Origin: Flectonema sp. DT1601
Lineage: Eukaryota
Length of the DNA: 64,000 nucleotides
Direction of reading: 5' to 3'
Assembly: GCA_964019425.1 (NCBI GenBank)
Contig: OZ025799.1
Span: forward strand, 620,001 to 684,000
Made by a program: the position numbers and the translations under genes. How positions within the stretch are numbered: the first letter of the stretch is position 1; each line of letters starts with the position of its first letter. Positions 11,577-23,590 of this stretch are shown one piece after another. The notes under the pieces were generated by a model, which was given only the letters and a program-made list of their open reading frames with translations, searched no databases and had not been told where the DNA came from.

Positions 11577-14500
11577 ATGGCATTCTTGTCATCTGTTACA
11601 GATGTGCAGGTCATGCGCACAGCGCACCTATCTCCGCCGCCATTCGCGGCGAAGAAGAAGACAAATGGATTAAAGGAAGCTGATGAGTGTGGTATCGTCA
11701 ACCAGGGACAGTTCGAATCAAAAATCCGATGCCTTCAGATGTTTGACGGAAGACTCCCACTCGACAGATTAAGAGTTTGGACTGCCGAACAAGACGGAAG
11801 TCTCACAATTAGAAAAGCAACTACCGGAAGCACCACTTGCACTATTGAGAAGAAAAGGGGAGTGTTCATCTCTGCTTTATTATATCATGATAACTTAATG
11901 TACGCTGGTATGGAAGATGGTTATATCAGAGTGTACCGTGAAACACCAAATCAAGTGATTAGTATCCCTGCTGGATGTCAGTCAGGAATCACTATGGATG
12001 GTAATCGTGTTATTTCAAAGATTAAGCTCAACTCTGTTGCAGACAGAACGAATCTTTCTGAAGGAATGCAAATCACACACGTCGGAGGAGTTGAAATGAA
12101 GTCATCCGATGAGATCAAATCAGCAATCGCTTCAGCAGGTGGATCCCCAGGAAGAAGACTTCCTGGACAGGAAGAGCAAATGGTCGATGTTTCCGTCAGA
12201 TCTGTTAACAGAATTGGAGAACCAGATTTCGAACTTTGCTCAGAAGTTCGCAAGCACACCGGAGCAGTTACCTGTTTAGCTGCAGTCACTAACCGTAAGG
12301 CTGGTTACCTGATCTTCTCTGGATCTCGTGATTGGCAAATCTACCTCTGGAGGTGGGAAGGAACTGTTCTCCGTGCGATGGACAGTTTCCCAGGACATCA
12401 GAACGCTGTTAGATGTTTAACTTACCACCCTGTTGATGAGTACGGTGGATTTGGTGGATTCCTTTACTCTGGTGGTGATGATTTCACTATTCGTTGTCTT
12501 GACATCCACAAGGGTAAGGAACGCGCTACAAAGAGTGGATTCCCTTTGACTATGAAGGGATCAGTTAGAGCATTAGCTGCTTACAAGAAGAATTTGTTCT
12601 CCGCTACTGCTGATGGTCTTGTTCAAGTTTGGTGTTCAAGTGAAGGAACAGCAAAGGCTACTCTTTACGGTCCATATGGAGGTATTCCTCAGGCCCAGCT
12701 TTGTTTGATTGTTGTAAACAACACCGTCTGGTCTGGTGGTGTCGATGGTGTCATCAGAGTTTGGAGAGCTGACGCCGACGAACATGACAACGACTGGCAG
12801 AGCTGTGAACTTGGTGAACACAAGGGAGCCTTTGTTAACAACATGTCCGCAGTTCAGGGAGCAGCAGATGGTAACGTCTCTTGGTTATTAAGTGATAATG
12901 CTATTAAGTTATTCTACACCGAATCTGACAGTGCCAGTGGTGAAAAAGAATGGAACCACGACGAGGGATTCACCCAGCGTGAACAGGACTTAATTTCAAG
13001 AATTGAAGAGATGAGAGCTAAGATGCTTGAAAACAGTATCGCCCTCCACGAGTCGGAGAAATTATGTGCCAAGTTGGCCAAGATGGACAAAGACAGAAAG
13101 GCAAAACTTGCTCTAGCACTCGGTGACTCACTCGGATTCAACATCAAACAGAAATACTACAAAAAGATCTTTGAGTGGCTTCTTCTGTTCACAAAGCAGC
13201 AGCGTGCACGCACTCTTGCTGAGACAATGGCTTTGGGAACCTCAAATGGAATGCGTCACATTTACTTCTCCAAGTTGACGAGATTTGCTGCCCTCACTCA
13301 GGACAGAAGAAAGAAGATGAAGTTCTGTGAATTAATTATGAAATCAACACAAGATGGTATGAAGGTTGTATACTACAGAAAACTTGTTGAGTACACTCGC
13401 AAGAAGGAGAGAGAGTCCAAGAGAAGCTTCGTCTCCACGATGCTGATGTCCAGCACCACAAGTGGACTTCGTAGAGTGTACCACGCGAAGTGTATCAGAT
13501 GGTTCTTCCAGGTAGCACAAAACAAGAAGAGAGACGACATTGCTGCTTCCCTCATGAAGACCAGCAGAAAGGGAATGATGACTGTTTACTACTACAAACT
13601 TATCAACTTCTACCGTAACGAGAAGGCTGCTGCTAAGCGTCAATCCATCGCTAATGCGATGCTGGCGACTACCAACAGAGGACTTCAATTGATTTACCTC
13701 CAAAAGTGTCTCCGTTGGGCATCACGCCGTAAGGACCACAAGAAGAAAAGGGCTCTCGCAGCCATTATGATGTCGACTACTAATGATGGACTTAAGAGAT
13801 TATACAAAAAGAAGTGCATCGACTGGTTGGCAGCAGAGATCAGAAAGTCTCTTGATGAGAAGATTGCTGACCTCGATGCGAAGATTAAGCAGATTGAATC
13901 TCTGTTAGCGGACAGCAGATCGATGAGTGACGAGGAGATTGAGAATGAAACCAAATCTCTAAACAATGAAATGAGTGCCCTCGATACCGAAATCACTGAC
14001 CTTGAGAACTCCCTCAAAGACATCTCCACTGAAGGCGCTCGTCTTAAGAGAGAATTACAATCATCATTCTCTGTTGATACCAAGCTGACTCACGAAGAAC
14101 AATTACGTTCGTTAATTGTCCACTTGAAGGCTCATGGATGCAACTGCAAGGATGACTACGACACCATCAACCAGTGCAAGGAAATCGGAAAGAAATACGG
14201 CGAACAGGTGAAAACAATGAAGCCAAAGGACAAGTTGAAGAAAGAAGACCTTTACTACTCACCACAGAAGCTATTCTTCAATGGTCTTGCGAAGGTTCGT
14301 TCCGCTATTTCTGAAACACTTCAGAAGGCTGGAGATGACTCAGTACTTCCTCAAGAAGGTAAGTCATGGTTAGTAAGAAGTGATGTTATTGATATGATGG
14401 AATTCAAATTGTTTTCTCGCCAAGCTCACATTGGTCTAAAGCACATGGTCATCGCTTATGATCAAATGGAAAGCAGTGGTGAGGTCTTCACTGGAACTGG

Positions 14501-14780
14501 AGAAGCCATTCTCAACCAGGACTTCCTCGTAAACATCGTCGTCAGATGTGTTGAGCGCCGTCAGGGACTTCAGCAGGGAGACGCTGACTTGGCTGCATCT
14601 CTAACAAGAGGAAATGGAGATAGCGGTAAGACTGGTTCAATGCGCAAGGGAGGATCTGCTGCGAAGATCCAGGCAGGAACTGTCAGAAGTGCAATGTCAC
14701 CTTCACAGGCACAAATCGCTTCACGTGCTGTTCGTAAACCTACCGCAAAGAAGGCTGCTGCTAAGAGAGCTGTTCGCTAA
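11577..14780 (+). CDS. WD40 propeller protein with inserted PDZ-like domain, seven 36-aa helical repeats and coiled coil (likely cytoskeletal/flagellar)
   Basis: WD repeats (KHTGAVTCL..FSGSRDWQIYLW; GHQNAVRCL..YSGGDDFTIR; WSGGVDGVIRVW), a PDZ-like segment GITMDGNRVISKIKLNSVADRTNLSEGMQITHVGG, and repeats at 13107-13838. Confidence 0.8.
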   Translation: MAFLSSVTDVQVMRTAHLSPPPFAAKKKTNGLKEADECGIVNQGQFESKIRCLQMFDGRLPLDRLRVWTAEQDGSLTIRKATTGSTTCTIEKKRGVFISALLYHDNLMYAGMEDGYIRVYRETPNQVISIPAGCQSGITMDGNRVISKIKLNSVADRTNLSEGMQITHVGGVEMKSSDEIKSAIASAGGSPGRRLPGQEEQMVDVSVRSVNRIGEPDFELCSEVRKHTGAVTCLAAVTNRKAGYLIFSGSRDWQIYLWRWEGTVLRAMDSFPGHQNAVRCLTYHPVDEYGGFGGFLYSGGDDFTIRCLDIHKGKERATKSGFPLTMKGSVRALAAYKKNLFSATADGLVQVWCSSEGTAKATLYGPYGGIPQAQLCLIVVNNTVWSGGVDGVIRVWRADADEHDNDWQSCELGEHKGAFVNNMSAVQGAADGNVSWLLSDNAIKLFYTESDSASGEKEWNHDEGFTQREQDLISRIEEMRAKMLENSIALHESEKLCAKLAKMDKDRKAKLALALGDSLGFNIKQKYYKKIFEWLLLFTKQQRARTLAETMALGTSNGMRHIYFSKLTRFAALTQDRRKKMKFCELIMKSTQDGMKVVYYRKLVEYTRKKERESKRSFVSTMLMSSTTSGLRRVYHAKCIRWFFQVAQNKKRDDIAASLMKTSRKGMMTVYYYKLINFYRNEKAAAKRQSIANAMLATTNRGLQLIYLQKCLRWASRRKDHKKKRALAAIMMSTTNDGLKRLYKKKCIDWLAAEIRKSLDEKIADLDAKIKQIESLLADSRSMSDEEIENETKSLNNEMSALDTEITDLENSLKDISTEGARLKRELQSSFSVDTKLTHEEQLRSLIVHLKAHGCNCKDDYDTINQCKEIGKKYGEQVKTMKPKDKLKKEDLYYSPQKLFFNGLAKVRSAISETLQKAGDDSVLPQEGKSWLVRSDVIDMMEFKLFSRQAHIGLKHMVIAYDQMESSGEVFTGTGEAILNQDFLVNIVVRCVERRQGLQQGDADLAASLTRGNGDSGKTGSMRKGGSAAKIQAGTVRSAMSPSQAQIASRAVRKPTAKKAAAKRAVR

Positions 14781-16065
14781 GTGAAATCTCTTTTGCTCCC
14801 TCTCTCTGCACACCTTCCCTCTCCCTTTGATAGCCAGTGCTGCGTAGTTTCCAATTATTAAATTAAACCTTTGGGAGATCTGATAATGGGCTTGCAACGA
14901 GCAAAGCGAAGTGAGGAGTTCCTCTCTTTAAAAACAAAAAAAAACAAAAAAAAATGAAAAAAAAAAAACGAACGAAAAAAACAAAATAAACAAACAGTAT
15001 CGTAAGTTCAGAGGAACGAAGAAAAGAGAAAAAAAAATAACAAAAAAAAAAAAAAAAAAAAAAAACAATAATTAGTAAAAGCTAACTGTATTGTACAAAG
15101 TGCTAGTGATGTATGAGAAAATGTCAATTCTCATCTTTGGCTGGTATGGCAGTAAAAAGAATAAAAGGGAAAAAGAAAATAAAAAAACAATATCCCCTCT
15201 TCTCCGTTTTTGAAACCCTTTTCGTTAACGATCGTTCTTTGTAGAAAGTGTGAGCTTTCATATAATGGGTCGTAGGTACCTGGTTCATTTTCTTTCGGGC
15301 TTTTCTTTTTTCTTTTCGCTTTCTATTTTCCTGTTCCGTTTTTCTTTTTTTCGGAGTAATTCCCATTCCTCTCGTCGTCTTCTTGTTTTTTTGTTTTCCT
15401 ACTCAACTCGGTCACTAATATACCCCCCAACAGAATAACAACTACAAATATTTTTTTCAGCCAAGTACTTGATTTTAATTTTGTTTTTAATACTTAAAGT
15501 TGTTACTGTTGTTATCATTGTCAAAGTTTCACCCCCAACAGATTGTTTATTTCTTGACGAGACTATAGGCGAAACCTACACTCTGCCGTATTACATTATA
15601 CCCTGGTTTTGGTTTCCCAGGGCTCACGATTAATTCAAAATTGAATAACTCGATTCCGTACTGCACTGAATGACAACACGGAAAAAGAGATGTGTATGCA
15701 GATAAGTTGGAAACATTTATTATAATGTAGAGCAAGTACGTCAATTACAGAGTGTTAGCCTGTATTAACATTTTAGTCACTGTGTTATGGGTTTTTTAAG
15801 TTTTATTATTGAGTTCTGATACAATACAGAGATTTATATTCGTATGAACCTAATCAAACAGTTTCCCCCCCCAATCTTTATGTTTTTATGATACAACACA
15901 GTTGTAATTTTTACAAAATCGAACATACATCCCCCCAACAGAATCAATGAAATGAAAATGTTAGTAGTACACAGCAGAGAGATCTCCTCTGTGACTATTG
16001 TCAACAGGGACTCTCTTTTTTTCTTCTTCTTTTCTTAAATTATATTTATACAGCGCTAAACCAAT

Positions 16066-17241
16066 ATGACAGACACTCCTGTATCTATTCCTGCAGGCAG
16101 CTGCTATGAATTTGTAGTTGCTGAGCCTCAGAAGAGAGAGAAAGCTGGTGCTCTGGATCTTTCTTACTGGACTTATCAAATCAATACGAAAACTAATTTG
16201 GAAATATTTAAAGCTCCTACGATGAAAGCCGTCAGGAGGTATAATGATTTTGTCTGGTTGAGAGAAGCACTGGTAGAAGAAAATCCGGGTGTGATCGTGC
16301 CACCTATCCCAGAAAAGAGTTTGAAAGGAACCCTTGAAAAAGTCTCTGGAGGCAATAACTCATCATCTCCTCTTCGATCATATCGTCAACGTGCTATGCG
16401 TAAGTTCTTAGTACGTGTCGGTGCACATGCGACACTGAGAGAAGCAAAACCATTCATCTCTTTCTTAGAATTAGAAGAGGAAGCTGAGTTTACAAAAGTT
16501 ACAAAGATGCCTAAGAATAAAGTAGAAGTAGAGCTCTCAATGACTCAAATGATGAAAATGTTTAGCAAACCAAAGAGTTCAGATGATGGTACCTGGGAAG
16601 AAACAAGACAATACGTCGCACAACTAGAGAGCAGTCTAACTATGTTGAAAGACAGAGTTGAACTGTTAGTCAGAAGAAGAAGAGAGACAGGAGGATCACT
16701 AAAGGAATTTGGAAAAGCATTTGCGAAGGTTGGAGACATTGAAAGATCGTACGAAGACGGACCACTGAGCACTGCACTAGTTGACGTAGGCCATCACTCT
16801 GAACACTTAGCCTATGTATATGGTGAACAAGCTGATGTTGAGACTACACAAGTCGCGGAAACTATCGGCTACTACATCGGCATGTGTGGAGCCATAAAAG
16901 AAATAATTAAAAGACTTCAGAAAATGTCACAAACCAGAGACACTCTTGAACATGTTTTAAACAACCTGAATGCTGACAAGGCCAACGCCAAGGACGCTAA
17001 AGTCGCTCAAATCGAAGGAGAAATCGCAACTATTTCAGCGAAATTTGAAGACGCTAAAAAACTAGCAGAAGACTCTGCTGCCACCTTTAAGGATGAGTTG
17101 CAACGTTTTCACAGAGAGAAACAATATGATATTAAACAGATGTTGAAATCTTTTGTTGAGCTACAATTGGAGTACGCAAACAAAATGAAGAAGTCATGGG
17201 AGACTCTCCTCCCTTCTGTTGATTCCATTAAATTGGAATAA
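16066..17241 (+). CDS. PX-BAR sorting nexin (SNX1/2, Vps5-like)
   Basis: PX domain (YQINTKT, VRRYNDFVWLR, VPPIPEK, RQRAMRKFL) followed by a helical BAR/Vps5-C domain ending ELQRFHREK..W. Confidence 0.9.
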   Translation: MTDTPVSIPAGSCYEFVVAEPQKREKAGALDLSYWTYQINTKTNLEIFKAPTMKAVRRYNDFVWLREALVEENPGVIVPPIPEKSLKGTLEKVSGGNNSSSPLRSYRQRAMRKFLVRVGAHATLREAKPFISFLELEEEAEFTKVTKMPKNKVEVELSMTQMMKMFSKPKSSDDGTWEETRQYVAQLESSLTMLKDRVELLVRRRRETGGSLKEFGKAFAKVGDIERSYEDGPLSTALVDVGHHSEHLAYVYGEQADVETTQVAETIGYYIGMCGAIKEIIKRLQKMSQTRDTLEHVLNNLNADKANAKDAKVAQIEGEIATISAKFEDAKKLAEDSAATFKDELQRFHREKQYDIKQMLKSFVELQLEYANKMKKSWETLLPSVDSIKLE

Positions 17242-17947
17242 AATTAATATTATTTGTGTTCTTATTTTATAGAAAATACGTCTTTCTTCAGGGGGATAAG
17301 TAACCGACAAGTTAAGAAAAAAAAAAAAAAAAAAAAAAAGTAGTCGCCATCTCCTAACTGAAGAGGGACTGACGTAGGTATACTTTCCTAAACAATAATG
17401 TGCGTATGTATGTTGTGTGTTTATATATTCTGTTACGTCTTCGTGTGGTAACCGGCCAGTGTCTCAGTACCAGTTAGTGTACACGAGTTCTTCACTACTG
17501 TACTATTCTAGTAGCACAACCATTCATGTGGGAACACTGACTTACAGTGTTGTATTATGCGTAGGTAAATGTGTCTTTTGTTTAATTTTTTTTTTATTTT
17601 TTTTAAAAATAGCTTTTGTTCTCTACCTTGCCCAGAATGTTCCAAAGTTGTCCTGGAGGGAAGGAAAAAAAATAAATAAATAAAACAAAGAAAAAGAGAA
17701 AGAAAGAATGAAAAAAAACTGATTCTTTTCAATTATCCAAAAGGGTGGGAATAAGAAAAAAAAAGAGAGAATAAAAGAGTAATCCATTTTAAAAAAAAAT
17801 TAAGCGAGAGTAGCGAGTCTTGAGTGCTAGAAAGTTGTACTGAAAATTTGAAAAAAAAATTTAAACATTAAAATTATTCTTAACCTCACCTCAGGCAAGC
17901 AAGTATTGTAAGAGCTAAATGTGAGTCGAGTATCACTTAAGGACTGA

Positions 17948-20470
17948 ATGACGAAGAGGTTAGTAAAGTTCCCCGGCCACGTTGCTTTTGTGCGACTCCA
18001 ATGTCCTACAGACGGTTATGAGTCACTTATGGAATCTGTTGAGAACCATCGATATGCCAAGGGTGAAGTAATCAGTTCTCTTTATTATCAACATAAGCTA
18101 ACAGGTGGAGATGAGGTTCCTGTTGAAATAGATAACCACACGATTGATGAAATAACAACAAATGATGTCATTCATGTTGAATTCTCATTCAACAGATCAC
18201 CACGAGAATCGACAGCTTCATCAACACCACATACATTGCGACCACAACATGCGAATAAGCAACCACCTCTAGTACCAAAACTTCATTTTGACTTGACGGA
18301 ATTACGTCATTTCACACATCCTGGATCTGGAAGTAGCACTCGACAAAAAGAAATATTAAATACACCGATTCAAACAGTCGATCAGGCTATGAAATATCTC
18401 CAACACAGCACTGGGAGAATGGAAGCCGTAAAGGTACCTCGATTCTTTAGATCGATCAACTGTCCTTTTAGTATGGAAGACTTGTGGCAGCAATTGAGAT
18501 CTCGTATGGGTAGGGATGGGTTTATTGATCATCAAATACTATTGAAAATGATAACTCAACAATCAGATCCACCGATTGCGATTCAAACCCCGAGAACGTG
18601 TATTAGTGGTAGGGATGTTCTTCCGTTGGGGGCGTCGGCAGTGTCTCCACTCCCTGCTGGGAAGTCGATTAATGACATACTTCAGCAATATGAGTCTGAT
18701 AGATCTCGATCAAATTCACGAGACAGAAAACCAAATAACACCTCTCATGGCAGTCACAAGATCGCAAACACTTATGCAATGAACGGATGTAAAAATTCAT
18801 ATTCATCGAGACGACTTAATGGATTCACAACAACAACTCAATCAGAAAACTTTCCTCCAGTTAACAGCAGTAAGATTCTTTGGGAAGCCTATGAATTGTT
18901 AACAAGTGATAGTAGTGGTTTAAATAAGTCTTCTTGTGCAAAGTTACAACCGAGTCACTTAGACATCGTATTGGCTGGTGTCGGTATCGAAGAATCTCCT
19001 GAGAAGATAGCATGGGTTATGAACACTCTAAGGATTACTGAAGGAAGGTATTTATCAAAAAAAGACGTCGTCTTAATAATGTCTGAACTCCAAGGAATTC
19101 CACCTGAAAAAGCTCATCCGAGAGCTGTTAGTAAATTATCGATTTTAGTGAACACTCAACCGACAGATAATAGCTTAAGGATACCACAGTGTATGAATTA
19201 TTCTCCTTTTGGAATAGGAAGTGGCAGGGGGGGTGGTAGTGGTGGTGGTGGAGGGAAACCCGTTCCTGAAACTTCTGTTCAGCGTCGCTCAATAAGAAGA
19301 GATAGAACTCGAACTGGACGACAGCATACTCAAAGTCTATCCAACAGTTTACTCCCTCGTAGATCAACAGACGCGTCAGATTATCGACAGCTGCCTTTAA
19401 AATGCGCATTCTGCTGTACAGAATTAGACGTATTGCAAACAGTTATTTGCGGTTCCTGTCGACTTGCATCATACTGCTCTGAAAAGTGTTTATCTGAAGA
19501 TTGGCCTCTCCACGAACCAATTTGTAGAATTATTTCACGTCACTCAAATCGACAAAAAATGTCGATATTATGCGGTGATGATGGGGCAAAATTTCATGTT
19601 CGAACCTGCCCTACGGACGGATCTGACGGTTTAAACTCGGATGAAGAACCTTCAGGAGATTCATATTTATTTATTGTTAGTCAGAGAGTTCCTCACGTAG
19701 CAAAAGTATTTGTTGTGTTCGTGTCAGCTGATGGCAACTGTGATTACACCCACCCAGGAGGATGTGATAGTGCTGAGGCGACAATTCACGATATTCTTAG
19801 ACAGATTTTCGAGCAAGTCTTTGCTGAGGCAATTCATCAACGTATTTGGACCCTAGCAGCTTGTTGTCTCCTTCCATTAAGAGCATTCTACTGTAAGTCT
19901 GAGTCGTTTAGCTCCTTAGTAAGAGATTATTTATTATATTTCACAACATTCATTGCTGAATCTTTATCTACTAAAGTATGCCATTCGAATCTCGGATATA
20001 ATTTGATAGTTCCTCCTCTAGAGACACTTTGCGAGGCATTCGAAAGCCGAGCTCTTCAAGTATCGAGTGAAAACAACACTAATGATGTTTTCTTAAGTTC
20101 AGTTACTAATGCTAAGGATTATTATTTGTTGTTGTTGTCGTTCTTGCAAGACACGACATTTACTGCTGATGTTCAGAATAGGGCTGTGGTTGATAGACGT
20201 CGGATAATGAGAAAGATTTCAATTGTGTATCAACACTTGGCCGCGAGAGATAAGGAAGGACGAGTTATGTCATATTTAAAACGTTCTGAAACTGTTCTAC
20301 TTCGACTGATTGATGAAATTCCAACGTCAAGCTCTTACAACCAGCTAGCGTTATTATATGATTGCCTTCCTCATGATCAAATGTTTCAAGAAAAAGCTGC
20401 AGAGGCTCGTAAAAAAGCTCGAGATGCTATTCCAGGTCCTGTAAATGGAGATGTCGAACAAAGCGGGTAG
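17948..20470 (+). CDS. MYND zinc-finger protein
   Basis: CAFC-x11-CGSC-x4-YCSEKC-x4-WPLHEPIC MYND signature; the rest is uncharacterised. Confidence 0.8.
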   Translation: MTKRLVKFPGHVAFVRLQCPTDGYESLMESVENHRYAKGEVISSLYYQHKLTGGDEVPVEIDNHTIDEITTNDVIHVEFSFNRSPRESTASSTPHTLRPQHANKQPPLVPKLHFDLTELRHFTHPGSGSSTRQKEILNTPIQTVDQAMKYLQHSTGRMEAVKVPRFFRSINCPFSMEDLWQQLRSRMGRDGFIDHQILLKMITQQSDPPIAIQTPRTCISGRDVLPLGASAVSPLPAGKSINDILQQYESDRSRSNSRDRKPNNTSHGSHKIANTYAMNGCKNSYSSRRLNGFTTTTQSENFPPVNSSKILWEAYELLTSDSSGLNKSSCAKLQPSHLDIVLAGVGIEESPEKIAWVMNTLRITEGRYLSKKDVVLIMSELQGIPPEKAHPRAVSKLSILVNTQPTDNSLRIPQCMNYSPFGIGSGRGGGSGGGGGKPVPETSVQRRSIRRDRTRTGRQHTQSLSNSLLPRRSTDASDYRQLPLKCAFCCTELDVLQTVICGSCRLASYCSEKCLSEDWPLHEPICRIISRHSNRQKMSILCGDDGAKFHVRTCPTDGSDGLNSDEEPSGDSYLFIVSQRVPHVAKVFVVFVSADGNCDYTHPGGCDSAEATIHDILRQIFEQVFAEAIHQRIWTLAACCLLPLRAFYCKSESFSSLVRDYLLYFTTFIAESLSTKVCHSNLGYNLIVPPLETLCEAFESRALQVSSENNTNDVFLSSVTNAKDYYLLLLSFLQDTTFTADVQNRAVVDRRRIMRKISIVYQHLAARDKEGRVMSYLKRSETVLLRLIDEIPTSSSYNQLALLYDCLPHDQMFQEKAAEARKKARDAIPGPVNGDVEQSG

Positions 20471-22570
20471 TTTTTTACTTTAAGAAATTCGTTGCTAAAA
20501 AGCTTCTTTTAAATTTTTTTTTTTTTCCATATTATTTTTCTACTAACGACCATCGCATGCAGCTACAAGCTGAGATGTGTTTTTAACAAGAGCTGCCTAC
20601 CGAGACGGGTTTTTTGACTATATTATTATGATAACGCAATTAACAATACAGTGAACTGTAGTGATCTCGTAAAATTTTTAAGGGAAATAGACGAAGTTTG
20701 ATCACTGAGTATTTTGAATATAATAATCAACTCTCCTCTCTGTTTTTTATTAACAATTTTTGTGTCTTTTTGCATTACTGAATTACAACGTCAGTCGTAC
20801 CCCCCTTTCGGTCCAATTCATAAATTCTGTCAATAGTTTTTTTTTTTTTTTTTTTTTTTTACATATTTTTTCCCCTTAAAAAAAACAACAACACTTTTTT
20901 TTTTTCGTTCGTTACGTTACTTACAATATTATATCTTTTTTTTTCTCCCCTTTTTTCCATTTTCGAACGAATATTATAAGAAAAAATTAGCGGGAAAGAG
21001 GGGAAACAAAAAAAAAAGAGGTAATCGTGGGACCTGTAAAACCAGCTTAAGACTGTTGATGTGATTTATATTTTTAGCACGCATAAGGATCGCTGGTTCC
21101 GAGGGTTTGCTCTCCCACTTATCTGCCTCTCTATCCCTCAATAGAAAAAAAAAAAAAAAAAAAGGAAAGAAACTGACTCGGTCAATCTCTTTGAGTGTTT
21201 TGCTGCTGTCAGAAAATCCGTTTTTAAAGATTTTTGTTTAGTGTTAATGCTTTATTTGTATATAAGATGGTTTTTAGTTAAATGCAAAGCAGCTTTGCTG
21301 CTGAAGTCAGCGCGGTATTGATAAGTCTTATATTTTTGTATAATTTTTTTTTTTTTTTTTTTTTTTTTGAGGTTGTCAAAAAAGTAGAGTCTCTGAGAAA
21401 CAGAAAATTGACGACGAACGGGGATATGTTACTATTATTGGTAAAGCAAACCTGCGAACTCCAATTTTTAGTTTATTTCAAAACAAAAAAAGCAAATTGA
21501 ACGTTTCGTCTGTATCTGATTTCTCTTCTGCACAACCAAAGCTGCTTCATAATCAATTGTTGATTCCAATCGGGTTGATTATAGTCATATTATGCTTCAT
21601 TTATCCCGAGTATTCTTCTCTTAAGGCGAGACACGGATTACACTACTAGCTAGCGCCTGTTACACCTTCTTTTGTACACTTGTTTTCTCCTTTTTTTTTC
21701 TTCTTTTTTTCCTATTCTTTCCCTTTCCCTTTCCCCTCAATAGTGTTTTGGGATGAGAGTTGGTTGTAAAGTAATCGGACGAGTTTTCCTTTTTTTGTAC
21801 CACTTATGCATCACTCTGGTGTTTTGTGAATTCTTTTTTTTATCTCCTCAGATTCAGTTTACTGGCTTTATGGTGTAATCCAGTAAGTAGGGAGGGGTAC
21901 CACGATGTATGGGGGAAAAAAAAAAAAAAAAGAGCAACAAAAAAAAAAAAAAAAAAAAGGGGAAATATCCCGTGAATCCTTCTGTCCGAATGGACAATAT
22001 TACAGTTCGGTAAAATAAAAAGTATACGATGTTTATATTATTGCGATTTTCGAAAAGAGAGAAAAAAAGAAAAAAAGAAAAAAAAAAATCTTCCTGACTT
22101 CATTACATCTCGTTGCATGCATTGCTATTTGGAGACTATTAATGTTACAGATTTGAAACAGAAGTTGAAATTAGCCAATGCAACAACACAAAACTCATGC
22201 TAAAAAATATATATATATTCCTTTGTTCTCTCCCTTAACAGGGAGTTACATTCGATATTTATTTATGAGTCAAGCAAGATGAATTTGAGCAGGTTGGTAA
22301 TTTGTATATCACTAACATGAAAGCGATGTTCGCTTCATTTTCTTTTTTTTTCCAAAGCCCGTCTCTATTCATTTCCCTCTTGAGAGGGAGTCTGAAAGGG
22401 TGATGTGTGTCAAGGATCTCTTTTGTTTTCTTTGTTATGTTGGATTTTCCTTATTTTACCTTTCGATAAATTTTACTGGATGTCGGCTTCTAATTTTTTT
22501 TTTTTTTTTTTTTCTTGTGTCGTTTTCATATCGATTCAAACGGTTAGATAGCATCCAAAATAAGAAGGGT

Positions 22571-22602
<32 letters not shown>

Positions 22603-22954
22603 TGTATAAATTTTTTTTTCTACAAACAATTTCCGCTTTTCACCTCCCCACTACCCTTTCCTTATTTACATTATACGAGAGGCTTTTCATCTCTTTGGGT
22701 AAGCCAACCGGACAGAACTCGTTTTTTTAAGTAACGTATTACGCTTGTTGATTGTCACTTTATTTCTTTATTATTAGGGGTTTTTCAATAAAGCAAATGG
22801 ATTTATTGAACTCGTTTGTTTTCTGTGAATGTTTCTACTAAAACAACTTTGGAAATAAAGATGGTGGATTTGGCCATTTTCTTTTTAGAGATTTTGAGAC
22901 TTTTAATACACCGTGTTATTTATAGGTATAATAATAATAAAAAAATAATTAATA

Positions 22955-23590
22955 ATGAAATTCGGTCAAAGCATTAAAGAACAACGACTTGTATTCAGTA
23001 ACAGTGTCGCGAAGTATATTATTGATTACAAATCACTCAAAAAAACTATTGGTGTCATGAAGAAAGAAGCAGATAAAGAACAGAAAGACATACTGATCAA
23101 AGATTGGGTTAAATCATTCAGCATTGAAATGAGAAAGTTTGATAAATATTTTGAAGAAGCCGTTGAAGACATCGAAGAAGAAATGTTGGAACTGGAGAAA
23201 CATTTGACTGTAAATTCACCAAAGAAACCGGATCTCAAAGAACTATATCACAGCATACAGGAACTTCGATTTTTCATGAATCTCAATAAAACTGCTGCGA
23301 GAAAAATATTGAAAAAATTAGACAAACAAATTCCTGGTGAACACGGAAAGAATTGGTCGAACACGAACTTTCAAAAACTCTATGCCTACAGAAGTGATCC
23401 ATTAGGGGATTTAGCTCAGAGAACTGCTTCGATATATGCTTCAAGTTTTTGTCAAAACAGAGCGAGGATAGCTGAAATGGAACTAGATTACCACGTCTCA
23501 TGTGTCAACCCTGACATCTTCTCATACACAATGTGTCACATGAAGATGAAACCTTCACAATGTGCACCAGATGGAAAGACATCTGACTGA
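22955..23590 (+). CDS. Stand-alone SPX domain protein (inositol pyrophosphate / phosphate sensor)
   Basis: MKFG start, IDYKSLKK (Y/K/K phosphate-binding cluster) and LNKTAARKILKKLDK (lysine surface cluster). Confidence 0.88.
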   Translation: MKFGQSIKEQRLVFSNSVAKYIIDYKSLKKTIGVMKKEADKEQKDILIKDWVKSFSIEMRKFDKYFEEAVEDIEEEMLELEKHLTVNSPKKPDLKELYHSIQELRFFMNLNKTAARKILKKLDKQIPGEHGKNWSNTNFQKLYAYRSDPLGDLAQRTASIYASSFCQNRARIAEMELDYHVSCVNPDIFSYTMCHMKMKPSQCAPDGKTSD

